The notes beneath the pieces are model-generated. The model saw only the letters and a program-made list of their open reading frames with translations. It did not search any database and was not told the DNA's origin. DNA of 63,608 nucleotides, counting the filler, from Octopus bimaculoides (lineage: Eukaryota), in the NCBI RefSeq assembly GCF_001194135.2. It is 8 parts of 7 records of this genome, joined end to end, with 100 filler letters (N's around TTAATTAATTAA, not from the genome) between each part and the next. Parts side by side here need not be neighbours in the genome. Positions count along the whole stretch, not along the records: positions 1 to 17,921 come from NC_068982.1; 7 more parts are not named here. One strand, written 5' to 3'. Position numbers and translations under genes: made by a program. This document shows positions 1 to 12,052 of the stretch, in pieces. Positions within the stretch are counted from its first letter, which is position 1, and each line of letters begins with the position of its first letter.

Positions 1-4
1 TATA

Positions 5-70
<66 letters not shown>

Positions 71-411
71 TGTATGTATAAAATCAAATGTAGAACAGAA
101 AGAACACAACAAACGGAAACCATCGAAGCACAACATGCGGGAAAAAGGACGATAGCATAACAAACGGCAAACAGGACAAAAACAAGATACACGGATCATT
201 CGCAGTCAAAAAGCTATACACAGACAGACACACACACACACATAAACACACACACACACATGCACACGCATACACGCCCCATCCACATACGCGCCACCCA
301 CATACACACACACCACCCATATACACACACGCACGTGTATATGTAATAATTTCATTGGGGTGTTAACCCTGGAGTTTACCTTACTAAGCTCATTCCTGGG
401 GACAGCTATCA

Positions 412-414
412 GTC

Positions 415-450
<36 letters not shown>

Positions 451-550
451 TGACTGACAGATAGATAGATAGATAGATAGATGGATGGATAGACAGACAG
501 ATGGATGCATATACATATATGCATATATATATATATATATACATATATGT
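412..550. repeat. Compound microsatellite (CAGA)n(TAGA)n(TA)n at gap edge
   Basis: Direct reading; abuts the N gap at 552. Confidence 0.95.
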
Positions 551-1161
551 ANNNNNNNNNNNNNNNNNNNNNNNNNNNNNNNNNNNNNNNNNNNNNNNNN
601 NNNNNNNNNNNNNNNNNNNNNNNNNNNNNNNNNNNNNNNNNNNNNNNNNNNNNNNNNNNNNNNNNNNNNNNNNNNNNNNNNNNNNNNNNNNNNNNNNNNN
701 NNNNNNNNNNNNNNNNNNNNNNNNNNNNNNNNNNNNNNNNNNNNNNNNNNNNNNNNNNNNNNNNNNNNNNNNNNNNNNNNNNNNNNNNNNNNNNNNNNNN
801 NNNNNNNNNNNNNNNNNNNNNNNNNNNNNNNNNNNNNNNNNNNNNNNNNNNNNNNNNNNNNNNNNNNNNNNNNNNNNNNNNNNNNNNNNNNNNNNNNNNN
901 NNNNNNNNNGTGTATACAGAGAGAGAGAAAGAGACACACAGAGAGAGCGACAAAAAGACAGACAGAGAGATAGAGAGAGTGCTGTCCCAAGTATTTTCAT
1001 CAGTATGTAATGAGCACAATCGTATATTACGAGGTACGTTTTCGAATGGACATAATATTTAAATGGTATTATAAATTTAGCCTCCATAATAGCAGCCTAT
1101 TTTTATCCCCGAGCGGGTTCGTACTAACAAAAACAAAAATTCATTCTCGAATGGAAAAATA

Positions 1162-2052
1162 GTTGATCCAAGAGCTTTACTGAACTCTAAGAGCATGTTT
1201 TCTCTTTTTGTTTACCTTTGCTCGCATGGGCAGAAATACATATAGTTAACTGGTTCGGATCCATCTTAGTAGTAACGTCTGGCTTTTGTCTCTTTTGAAA
1301 TACCATCATCTCTTATTGCATACTATATCTCACCATTTTTCTTCACTCAGTGACAAAGAAACCCTACTCTAAGCTTGGCCTTTTTTGTAATGGAGTTTTG
1401 AAACACCACATCCGATCTATAGGTCACCGAGGTATTGAGAAAAGCGAAATGAAAACCAAAAGTGAATAACTCAAGAGCATGGTTAGCCTTTACCTCCAAT
1501 TAGAGTTATATTCTTTAGACTAGTCTCTTTAGTCATTTCTCTGAGGGACAGCTTCCAGAGGTAGCTGTCTCCCATCTATTTATGCGTATACGAGTGTAGG
1601 AGGCTCAGGAAGTAAGAGTGAGATAGAGACAATAAGGATCAGAGACGGACAGAGCGAGAAGGGGAGGTAAGTGAAGGAGGTGGTTTTACTGCCAACTTGA
1701 ATGGACATGTGTGTGAGGAGAAGGGGAAGGTATATGTCTATGGTATGAGGAGACTAAGTGAAGAAAGAATGAGAGAAAATGAGAGAGTACATGAAGAATG
1801 TTGGGAGATGTAGATAGGTATAAGATAAGGAGTGTAGTGGAGGAAATTGTGGGGTTCTTTGTCACTGAGTGAAGAAAAATGGTGAGATATAATATGCAAT
1901 AAGAGATGAAAGTATTTCAAAAGAGACAAAAGCCAGGCGTTACTACTAAGATGGATCCGAACCAGTTAACTATATATATTTCCGCTCATACGAACAAAGG
2001 TAAAAAAAAACAAAAACATGCTCTTAGAGTTCAGTAAAGCTCTTGGATCAAC
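1162..2052. repeat. Long inverted repeat: about 200-bp arms (1162-1364 and 1851-2052) around a 490-bp spacer
   Basis: gttgatccaagagctttactgaactctaagagcatg...cttcactcagtgacaaagaa is the near-exact reverse complement of ttctttgtcactgagtgaag...catgctcttagagttcagtaaagctcttggatcaac. No TSD seen. Confidence 0.9.
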
Positions 2053-2643
2053 CGAGTTCTTAAGGATAATCCTTTTCTCTGGGAAATAAAATCATTACTT
2101 CCTGCAAGTGTTGGGATATGTTCTGCAGTTTTTCAGGAGCAGAGCAAGGATTATCCAAATTGATGTTGTAGCTTTTTATATATTGATATAAAATGATGTT
2201 ATATACAGCACACAATTTGCTAAAGCTATAGCGACTGAAGATTCATGGTTTTTCTTAAGACACAGGAACAGTTTCCTGTTGTCTTCTACCGGTTTATTTC
2301 CATTTTACTCTGCTAGTCGCGTACTCTCCCTGGGCGATCCTATTTAACTCTTTGGCAGGGACACTAGTTCACGTGACATCAGAGTATGTCTATACACCGG
2401 TGGGCGTCTGTGAAACGTGTCTAGGATCCAGCCCATCTCTGAGTCCTGTATACCTTAGTCACAGGCCCAGTCATCATTATGTGACCCATAACTAGTATCC
2501 TTCACAGAAACTAACACTTATAGACTGAACAAAGCAGGGAGTACTGGTGACTAAGGAGTAACTCTGAACTCTTCAAAACTTCTGAACTCTTGAGCTGGAG
2601 CCTCACCACTGGATACAGCCTTGCCAAACTTACGATTAACAAA

Positions 2644-3030
2644 TTGTTGTTGTTGGCACTCCGTCGCTAACGACGTCGAGGGTTCCAGTTGATCCGATCA
2701 ACGGAACAGCCTGCTCGTGAAATTAACGTGCAAGTCGCTGAGCACTCCACAGACACGTGTACCCTTAACGTAGTTCTCGGGGATATTCAGCGTGACACAG
2801 AGTGACAAGGCTGATCCTTTGAATTACAGGCACAACAGAAACATGAAGTAAGAGTGAGAGAAAGTTGTGGTGGAAGAGTACAGCAGGGTTCGCCACCATC
2901 CCCTGCCGGAGCCAAGTGGAGCTTTAGGTGTTTTTGCTCAATAAACACTCACAACGCCCGGTCTGGGAATCGAAACCGCAATCCTATGACCGCGAGTCCG
3001 CTGCCCTAACCACTGGGCCATTGCGCCTCC
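2644..3030 (-). mobile_element. Full-length tRNA-derived SINE, family A, with 16-bp TSD
   Basis: Minus-strand head ggaggcgcaatggcccagtggttagggcagcggactcgcggtcataggattgcggtttcgattccc (A/B boxes) and (CAA)n tail. TSD acttacgattaacaaa (2628-2643) / actcacgattaacaaa (3031-3046). Second copy at 16256. Confidence 0.9.
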
Positions 3031-3258
3031 ACTCACGATTAACAAATAAACACAATAGAAAGGAGGAACACTGTTGCATAAAATTAAAGTAAAAAGGAGA
3101 TAAAGGGTACAGAAGACAAATAAATAATATAAGCGGTGAAGTGGTTACAAATTGTGAGACACGGTTGCTGGTAATTTATTTTATCGAATGCAAAAGAATA
3201 AAGTTAACCTCGACGGGATATGAAAGCGATAAGAATGAGAGCAGATATTATTTCAAAG

Positions 3259-3477
3259 GAATAAGGCGGTGATGTGGCAGAATTGTTGGCACGCCGGGCA
3301 AGATGCTTAACGGCATTTCATCCGTCTTGACGTTCTGAGTTCAAATGCCACCGAGGTCGCCTTTGCCATTCATCCTTCCAAGGTCGATAAAGTAAGAACC
3401 GGTTGAACATTGGGGTCACTGTAGTCGACTTACCCGCTTCCCCAAAATTGCTGGCCTCGTGCCCAAATTTCGAACCA
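3259..3477 (+). mobile_element. tRNA-derived SINE, family C (possibly Meta-domain type), with 14-bp TSD
   Basis: Head ggcggtgatgtggcagaattgttggcac, B-box gagttcaaat, core ttcatccttccaaggtcgataaagtaag. TSD atattatttcaaag at 3245-3258 and 3478-3491. At least 8 related copies in the window. The Meta assignment is from memory only. Confidence 0.85.
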
Positions 3478-3777
3478 ATATTATTTCAAAGAAGGGCGCC
3501 GTCCATAACATTAGAACTCATTTCTCCTTGCGGCACACTGACTTATTTTACAATTTATATTAATAGATGTCAAGATATAAGATTCAATATGGATGTAGAT
3601 AAATTCTCTTAAATATTGATAGACATTGTTTTATTTTCTCTTAAGTAATATATTACATACTTGAACAATACATTAGTTTCAAGTATTGATTTTTCTCACA
3701 TTAAGTGTGGATCCTCTCAAAGCGCGCCATCTAAAACAAATGTTGTATTTGTTACTATGCTAACATATCGTACTTTT

Positions 3778-4299
3778 GTTTGTGTGTGTATGCGTGTGTT
3801 TACGTGTGCTTGTGTGTATATGTTTGAGTGTGTGTATGTGTGCATATGTGATTTTTATATATACATATATATTTCTATTATATATATTATACAAATGTAT
3901 GTGTACAATATATATATATATATAGATAGATAGATGTACATATATCTATATACATACATATCTATATACATACATATATGCATACACACACACACACATA
4001 TATATATACATATACATATATATATATACATATATATATATATGTTATACACATGTACAAATAAGAATATAGACGTATATATATTCATACAAACATATAT
4101 ATGTATCATGTATGCATATGTGTGTGTATTTTGTTAACAAACTTTTATTACTTTCTTGTCTGTAAACTATGTATGTATGTATATATATATATATATGCAT
4201 ATACTGACATGCATACACCACTCATATGCATGTATGCATGTGTATATGCATTTATGCATATGCATATATATGTATATGTACATATATGTATATACACGC

Positions 4300-4362
<63 letters not shown>

Positions 4363-4440
4363 TGTATACTATAGGCTTAAGATACACACATAGATATAAG
4401 CAAATAAATATGCACATACATATATGCGTAGACATACACA
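3778..4440. repeat. Degenerate (TG)n/(TA)n/(TACA)n microsatellite tract
   Basis: Direct reading. Confidence 0.9.
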
Positions 4441-4912
4441 CACTATCTGATATAAATGTCGCCATCATAGTAATCCAAAAATGAAATCATATGTCACAAC
4501 ACGTGTCCTAATTGTTTGATCTTTCGCTCTCTTCTCTACCAAATATGAAATACATCACCAAATTTATTTCATGACATACATTACAATAGAATTTACTTAT
4601 ACAATATATTAAAATATATATATGTATAGTGTGTGTGTGTGTGTGTGTGTGTGTGTAAGTGTATGGTTGTGTGATCTACTAAGATATTGAGACACAATAG
4701 ACGGACAACACGCTTATGAAACTAGATATACACTTATTCAGATGTTTATACAAATGTGCATGAATAGACAGACTCATATATATGAGTATATTATATTATA
4801 TACATATATGTAATTATATATGTGTGTATGCGTGTGTGTGTAATTATATATATGTATACGTGTATATATATATACATATATATCTATATATGTGCGTGTG
4901 TATGTATATGTG

Positions 4913-4944
<32 letters not shown>

Positions 4945-6302
4945 TGTATGTATCTATCTATCTATCTATATANNNNNNNNNNNNNNNNNNNNNNNNNNNN
5001 NNNNNNNNNNNNNNNNNNNNNNNNNNNNNNNNNNNNNNNNNNNNNNNNNNNNNNNNNNNNNNNNNNNNNNNNNNNNNNNNNNNNNNNNNNNNNNNNNNNN
5101 NNNNNNNNNNNNNNNNNNNNNNNNNNNNNNNNNNNNNNNNNNNNNNNNNNNNNNNNNNNNNNNNNNNNNNNNNNNNNNNNNNNNNNNNNNNNNNNNNNNN
5201 NNNNNNNNNNNNNNNNNNNNNNNNNNNNNNNNNNNNNNNNNNNNNNNNNNNNNNNNNNNNNNNNNNNNNNNNNNNNNNNNNNNNNNNNNNNNNNNNNNNN
5301 NNNNNNNNNNNNNNNNNNNNNNNNNNNNNNNNNNNNNNNNNNNNNNNNNNNNNNNNNNNNNNNNNNNNNNNNNNNNNNNNNNNNNNNNNNNNNNNNNNNN
5401 NNNNNNNNNNNNNNNNNNNNNNNNNNNNNNNNNNNNNNNNNNNNNNNNNNNNNNNNNNNNNNNNNNNNNNNNNNNNNNNNNNNNNNNNNNNNNNNNNNNN
5501 NNNNNNNNNNNNNNNNNNNNNNNNNNNNNNNNNNNNNNNNNNNNNNNNNNNNNNNNNNNNNNNNNNNNNNNNNNNNNNNNNNNNNNNNNNNNNNNNNNNN
5601 NNNNNNNNNNNNNNNNNNNNNNNNNNNNNNNNNNNNNNNNNNNNNNNNNNNNNNNNNNNNNNNNNNNNNNNNNNNNNNNNATATATATATATATATACAA
5701 ATAATATATGAGTATATGCATATATATGTACAAGTATGGACATACCTTCATCTACATGTACATATATATATATCTGGGTACATGACGTGTGTGTATACAT
5801 ATATATATATATATGCATACGTACATACATGTACACACACATATTATATGTATATACGTATAATATAATCTTAAACGTATACACATTCACATACAGACGC
5901 GCACACACGCACACACACGCACACACACGCACACGCAGGTGCGTGTGCGTGTGTGAATGAATATGTGCATGTTTTAGATTACGTTCAAATACGTACAGGT
6001 GTGTGCTGTTATAGCTGTATGAAAGACCTGATAGAGGAGGGAAGAGAGTGAGAGAGAGGAAGAGGAAGAGGAAGAGGAAAAGAAGGAGAGGGAGAGAGAA
6101 AGATAGGGACAAAAGAAATGAGAGAGGGTGACATGGTGAAAGACAAACAGAAAACGGCGGTGGAGCGGGGTTTGCAAGAGAGGCGTGTGCAATATTATTT
6201 ATTGTATAATGCCGAAAACCTATTGCTTAACTGCACCCGTGCAACAAGCAGATGATGCATGCCAGCTACTTTAGACGCCAAATCATATTAGATATACTGG
6301 GT

Positions 6303-6313
6303 CTTGTGATTGA

Positions 6314-6349
<36 letters not shown>

Positions 6350-6490
6350 CGTTATTTCTGTTGTTAATGTTGTCTTTGATGTTATTGTTGTTGTTGTTGA
6401 TATTGCTGTTGGTGCTGTTGTAGCTGTTGCAGTTGCTGGTCTCGATGGTGCAATTGTGACTGCAGTTGTAGCGGACGGTGCTAGCTGCTG
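6303..6490. repeat. (GTT)n/(GCT)n trinucleotide low-complexity tract
   Basis: Direct reading; it explains the poly-V and poly-T ORFs. Confidence 0.9.
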
Positions 6491-6803
6491 CATTTGTTGT
6501 CTAAAAATATATTGCTGCTTCAAGGTAGATTGAGGAAGAGAAATTTTAAAACGAGACCACTCACTCATTCAGACGTGAGACATGAGAATGGGAATGGAGT
6601 CGTGGGTGGTGGGCGACAAACATTATTATTATTATTATGTATGGCTTGTGACTATATCTGTGTGTGTCTGTCTGTGTGTGGGTACGCGCTCATGTGCGTA
6701 TGTGTGCTTATATGTACACATATTATATGTATATTTAGACATATAAACACATTATACATATATATATATATATATACATACATATATACACACACACACA
6801 TAC

Positions 6804-6856
<53 letters not shown>

Positions 6857-7920
6857 CATATATATTTCGTATTTCGCACGTCTCATGATAATATATGTGT
6901 GTATGTTATGTGTGTGTGCATATATATATATAAATATATACATATATCTATGTACGCTTGTCTATGTNNNNNNNNNNNNNNNNNNNNNNNNNNNNNNNNN
7001 NNNNNNNNNNNNNNNNNNNNNNNNNNNNNNNNNNNNNNNNNNNNNNNNNNNNNNNNNNNNNNNNNNNNNNNNNNNNNNNNNNNNNNNNNNNNNNNNNNNN
7101 NNNNNNNNNNNNNNNNNNNNNNNNNNNNNNNNNNNNNNNNNNNNNNNNNNNNNNNNNNNNNNNNNNNNNNNNNNNNNNNNNNNNNNNNNNNNNNNNNNNN
7201 NNNNNNNNNNNNNNNNNNNNNNNNNNNNNNNNNNNNNNNNNNNNNNNNNNNNNNNNNNNNNNNNNNNNNNNNNNNNNNNNNNNNNNNNNNNNNNNNNNNN
7301 NNNNNNNNNNNNNNNNNNNNNNNNNNNNNNNNNNNNNNNNNNNNNNNNNNNNNNNNNNNNNNNNNNNNNNNNNNNNNNNNNNNNNNNNNNNNNNNNNNNN
7401 NNNNNNNNNNNNNNNNNNNNNNNNNNNNNNNNNNNNNNNNNNNNNNNNNNNNNNNNNNNNNNNNNNNNNNNNNNNNNNNNNNNNNNNNNNNNNNNNNNNN
7501 NNNNNNNNNNNNNNNNNNNNNNNNNNNNNNNNNNNNNNNNNNNNNNNNNNNNNNNNNNNNNNNNNNNNNNNNNNNNNNNNNNNNNNNNNNNNNNNNNNNN
7601 NNNNNNNNNNNNNNNNNNNNNNNNNNNNNNNNNNNNNNNNNNNNNNNTATAGAATATGAAGGGTTTAGTTCACTGGTGATCTAAGCGAATAGGTACACTG
7701 TGTAAGTGCTATAATTGGTCATCCGTTAGGTTCCAAGTTCACAGCTAAGGCTGGAGCTACGGCTTCGTTGTAGGTTTCCGAGTTTCCGTTTCCGAGTAGG
7801 TTTCCGAGTTATATTAGAGGGGGGAAAGACAACAAAAACCAATGCAGGACGAGTATCGCAAGTCATTTAGAATATTTAATTAGAGTAAGGTGAATTTGGA
7901 GTAATTAGTAAATTATTGGA

Positions 7921-7998
7921 TGTCTTACAACTTTTTCTGGGATATGCCAAGAGATAGGTTAGCATCTGCATACACTGGGTATTGTGTCATCAGAGACA
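7921..7998 (-). ncRNA. Type I hammerhead ribozyme motif (degenerate stem III)
   Basis: Minus strand: stem I TGTCT / CTGATGA / 49-nt stem II insert / GAAA / AAGTTG / TA / AGACA. The 5-bp stem I is perfect; cleavage triplet GUA. Confidence 0.7.
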
Positions 7999-8103
7999 AA
8001 GTGAGTATGTAGAAAGTTCTAGACAAGGAATTCACAGTTTATAAAGGAATAAAATAGTAGAAAGAATAAAGAGTAAAACAGTAGAACAATATACACTCAC
8101 CTT

Positions 8104-8187
8104 GTCTCTGACGACGGAATACCCAGTGTATAGAGATGCTAACCTATCACTTGGCATATCCCAGAAACAGCGAAACAGCTGTAAGAT
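8104..8187 (+). ncRNA. Type I hammerhead ribozyme motif
   Basis: GTCT / CTGACGA (8108-8114) / stem II 8115-8163 / GAAA (8164-8167) / CAGC-GAAACA-GCTG / TA (8182-8183) / AGAT; triplet GUA. Confidence 0.75.
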
Positions 8188-8302
8188 CCAATAGTTAATT
8201 ACCTTAAATTCACCTTACTCTAATTAAATATTCTAAATGGCTTGAGATACTCGTCCTGCCTTGGTGTTGTCCTTTTCCCTCATATATATATATATACATG
8301 TA

Positions 8303-8730
8303 GGCACATGCGTTGCTGTGTGTAAGAAGCTTGCTTCCAAACGACATGGTTCCGGGTTCATTCCTACTGCATGACACCTTGAGCAAGTGTCTTCTACTAT
8401 AGCCTCGGGCCGACTAAAGCCTTGTGAGTGGGTTTGGCAGACGGAAACTGAAAGAAGCCCGTCGGATGTATACATCTATATGTGTGTCTTTATGTGTGTA
8501 TGTGTGCGCGTGTGTGTGTGTGTATTTGTGTTTTTACTCCCACCATCGCTTGACAACCGATGCTAGTGTGTTTATGTCACTCGTAACTTAGCTACTTGGC
8601 AAAAGAGACCGATAGAATAAGTACTTGGGTTACAAAGAATAAGTCCTAGAATCGATTTCTTCGACTAAGACCCTTTAAGTCGGTGCCCCAGCATGGCCGC
8701 AATCTAATTAATATAACAAATAAAAGAATA
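8303..8730 (+). mobile_element. tRNA-derived SINE, family B (CORE-like caccttgggcaagtgtc segment, internal (TG)n)
   Basis: catggttccgggttcattcc B-box, gcaagtgtcttctactatagcctcgggcc core and aagtaaaaga-type tail; homologous to 18501-18903 and 46063-46450. Confidence 0.9.
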
Positions 8731-9004
8731 TAAATATCATATGCACACACACACACACGCATATATAATTATATAATATATGTCTGATAAACATATTTTC
8801 AGTACTCAAATATGTTCTGTGGACAGTTAACAATTAAAGTAATTCTCGTATTTCATCTTCATAAAAAAATGACGAGAACTATTATCATTGCTGCCATGTT
8901 GTGAGTTTTCTGAAGAGTTACTATTTTTTTTTTTTTTTTGAAAAAAATTATTTACATAGCTGCAGACAAGATTGTGTGTTTTCATCGTCAGTGATATGTT
9001 GGAC

Positions 9005-9312
9005 GTCTTCAACTATAGCCCCGGGCCAACCAAGCCTTGTGAGAGGATTTGGCAAATGGAAACTGTGCTGAAGCCCATCGTATATGAATATATACATATG
9101 TATGTACGTTTCTCTGTTTGTTGTTTGCCACTCCCACCGCTTGATAACTGGTTATTTTATTTACGTCGCCGTAACTTAGTGATTCGCCAAATGGGGGTCG
9201 ATAGAATAAATAGCAGACTTAAAAATAAATGCTGGGATCGATGTATTCGATTAACTCGTTCAAGACGATGCCCCATCATGGCTGAAATCCAATGACTGAA
9301 ACAAGTAAAAGA
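9005..9312 (+). mobile_element. SINE family B, 5'-truncated diverged copy
   Basis: gtcttcaactatagccccgggccaaccaagccttgtgag...gactgaaacaagtaaaaga aligns to the family B body and tail. Confidence 0.85.
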
Positions 9313-9583
9313 CGAATGTTACGAGGTTTATTAATGAAACTAACAACACTGATTTGTTTTGAAAAAATTGCTCGCATGGAGTGACAACTGCATTTATTCG
9401 TTCTATCTTCATGAACTGGAAATTGGTATAAGCGCCCTGATGGGCTTTTGAGGAAATGAAGCACATGTCTGTGTTCTTTTAGCTCTAATTATCGGAGATT
9501 TTTATGAATTATTCACAGTATAGTTCCACAGAGACAAAATATCTATTTATCAAGCATGCTGCCTATGTTTTGCTACACACATG

Positions 9584-9673
<90 letters not shown>

Positions 9674-9685
9674 TCGTGTGTGTGT

Positions 9686-9721
<36 letters not shown>

Positions 9722-9769
9722 GTGTGTGTGTTTGTGTGAGTGTATTATATTAGATATATCATATCATAC

Positions 9770-11712
9770 CATATTATATCATTCATGCAGTACCGTGTGT
9801 GAATAATATTCTTACCGTCAACATTTTCTCACTCGCGACCACTTCTAGACTTTGTCACTAACTCAGTTTTTAACCAAATTAGATGATGTTTACATTTTTA
9901 GATTGGCCATGTCCTAAGCTACATTTTCAGCTACAAAATGTGAAAATTGGTTCGGTGGAAAAAAATGTTTCAGTAAAATACGTGAGTTCAAAAGCGGGAA
10001 AGTAACACCTAAAATCGACTTTGAGACCAAAAGAAATCTATATTTTATTGTAGCTTATATGATAGATCTCGTGGAGAGGAATCTATCCATGCTACTTATA
10101 TGCAAAAATATTCAGTAGAAAAAAGTACTGAAGTAAAAACCGGCGAAAAAAAAAAGGGAGCTTAACACCTGAAATCGATTTTCACTCCATATATTATTTT
10201 TATTTCAAAAGAAAACTATATTTAAATTCAACTTTTCTGATAGATCTCTACTAGAGGAATCCTATGATGCCAATTATATCAAAAAGATTTTTTTAGGGGC
10301 CAAATGTGCCGAAAAAAATGGTAACGCCTAAAATCAAATCCAAAACTTGAATTTTTTACTTTATATGATAGAACTCATCAAGGCGAGTGTCTCGGTGCTT
10401 GCTAATCTTTTCAAAAGATATCATTTACACACGGTAGTGTATGAATGCTGTTCTTAATGTTAGCATTTACTCACTCACGACCACTTCTAGGTTTTGTCAC
10501 TAACTCAGTTTTTAGTCAAATTAGATGATGTTTACATTTTTAGATCGATCACATCATGAGCTACATTTCGAGCTAAAAAAATTTGAAGATAGGTTTAGTA
10601 AAAAAAAGGTTTGAGTCAAATATGTGGGGACACAAACGGGAGAATAACGCCTGAAATCGACTTTGAGTTCAAATATTTGTTTTTTAATAAATCTATATTT
10701 ATATGATAGACCTCGATGATAGGAATCTATTTATGTTAGTCATATTCAAAAATATTCAGTAGAAAAAGTACTGAGGTAAAAAGCACTGAGGTAAAAAGCA
10801 CTGAGGTAAAAAGCACTGAGGAAAAAAGTACCCAGGCGAAAAAAAGGAAATAGATCTCGACTACAGGAATCCCATGATGCTAGTCATATTAAAAAATCTT
10901 AATAAAAAAACTACTGGCCCAAATGTGCTGAAAACAGTGGTAACGCCTAAAAACAAATTCATAACCTAAACATTTTGTTTTTGTTTAGCTCATAAGATAG
11001 AACTCCTCAAGACGAGTGTCGTGGTGCTAATCTTTTCAAAAAATATTCAAAATGAAAAAAGTTATTATATAAGCTAAATGTGCCAAAAGTACGTAAAACA
11101 ATTTTTAAGTAATATTATTACTTATTACAACACAAAGACGACAAGCTGGCAGAGTCGTTAACACGCAGGGTATAAGCTTCGCTGCATTTTGTCTGTCTCT
11201 ACATTCTAAGTTCAAATTACGCCAAGATCGCCTTTGCCTTTTATCTGTTCGGTACTCGATAAAATGAGTATCAGCTGAGCACTGAGGTCGATATAATCAA
11301 CTTCCGTCCCCTCCGGATGTGATGGCCTTCTGCCAAAATTGGAAACCAATATTGCAATATTTTTGATTCAATTCAGTATTTAGGAATCTTGCAAAAATCT
11401 TCCTCATATTCATAGAATGCACTATATTGTAATAAATATCATTCACACACGGTAGTGTGTGAATGATATTCTGAAGGTCAACATTTACTCACTCGCGACC
11501 ACTTCTACGCTTTGTTACTAATTCAGGTTTTTACGAAATTTGATGATGTTTATATATTTTTAGATTGGTCATCTCCTAAGATTGGTAATCTCTTTACATT
11601 GGTCATCTCTTACATTGAGCTACAAAATTTCAAATTTGGTTCAGTAGAAAAAAGTTGAAATTTTAAATATGTGAGGTCAAAAAGGGGGAGAATAACGCCT
11701 AAAATCGCCTTC
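9770..11712 (+). repeat. Three related units (starts about 9770, 10420, 11435), each opened by a palindrome and built of about 150-bp sub-repeats; possibly a non-autonomous Helitron/Helentron-like element
   Basis: Shared block actcactc(g/a)cgaccacttcta...aaatt(a/t)gatgatgttta at about 9828, 10471 and 11488. Perfect 16-bp hairpin aatatcattcacacac-ggta-gtgtgtgaatgatatt at 11435-11470. Sub-repeat taac(a/g)cct(a/g)aaatc...gatagatctc...gaggaatc. A 15-bp tandem gcactgaggtaaaaa lies at about 10770-10830. The repeat is certain; the class is inferred. Confidence 0.75.
11137..11350 (+). mobile_element. SINE family C copy between repeat units 2 and 3
   Basis: agctggcagagtcgttaacacg head, ctaagttcaaattacgccaagatcgcctttgcc, cgataaaatgagtatcag core. 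Confidence 0.8.
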
Positions 11713-11790
11713 GGAGATATATACGCGACGCAGCATACATACTCTTGTAAACACACACATACACACACACACACACACACAATGCACACA

Positions 11791-11823
<33 letters not shown>

Positions 11824-12021
11824 AAGTAACTTTTAAAACGTCCATGAAGGGAAACAAAGGTTAGTGTGACTAATACGTAGCTTCAAGGAGAGAGATGGTA
11901 AGTTGACAACAATTAATGACAAGTGGACTCTTCTCTGCTGTTCATCGTAAATAAACACTCACGCACAGACACACGCACATACATACATATATATACAAAC
12001 ATACATACATACATACATACA

Positions 12022-12052
<31 letters not shown>

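Larger units (their letters stand above)
7818..8281. mobile_element. Inverted pair of about 190-bp hammerhead-bearing repeats (Penelope pLTR / retrozyme-like)
   Basis: Arms 7818-8008 and 8092-8281 are reverse complements (e.g. gcaggacgagtatc...tttagaatatttaattagagtaaggtgaattt vs aaattcaccttactctaattaaatattctaaa...gatactcgtcctgc). Each arm holds a hammerhead core; the right arm ends in an (AT)n run. Confidence 0.8.

Noticed and set aside
1946-1972. ctaagatggatccgaaccagttaacta in the 1.2/1.9-kb inverted arms as a hammerhead
   Set aside because: Lacks both CTGANGA and GAAA and has no convincing stem I; at most a distant relic.
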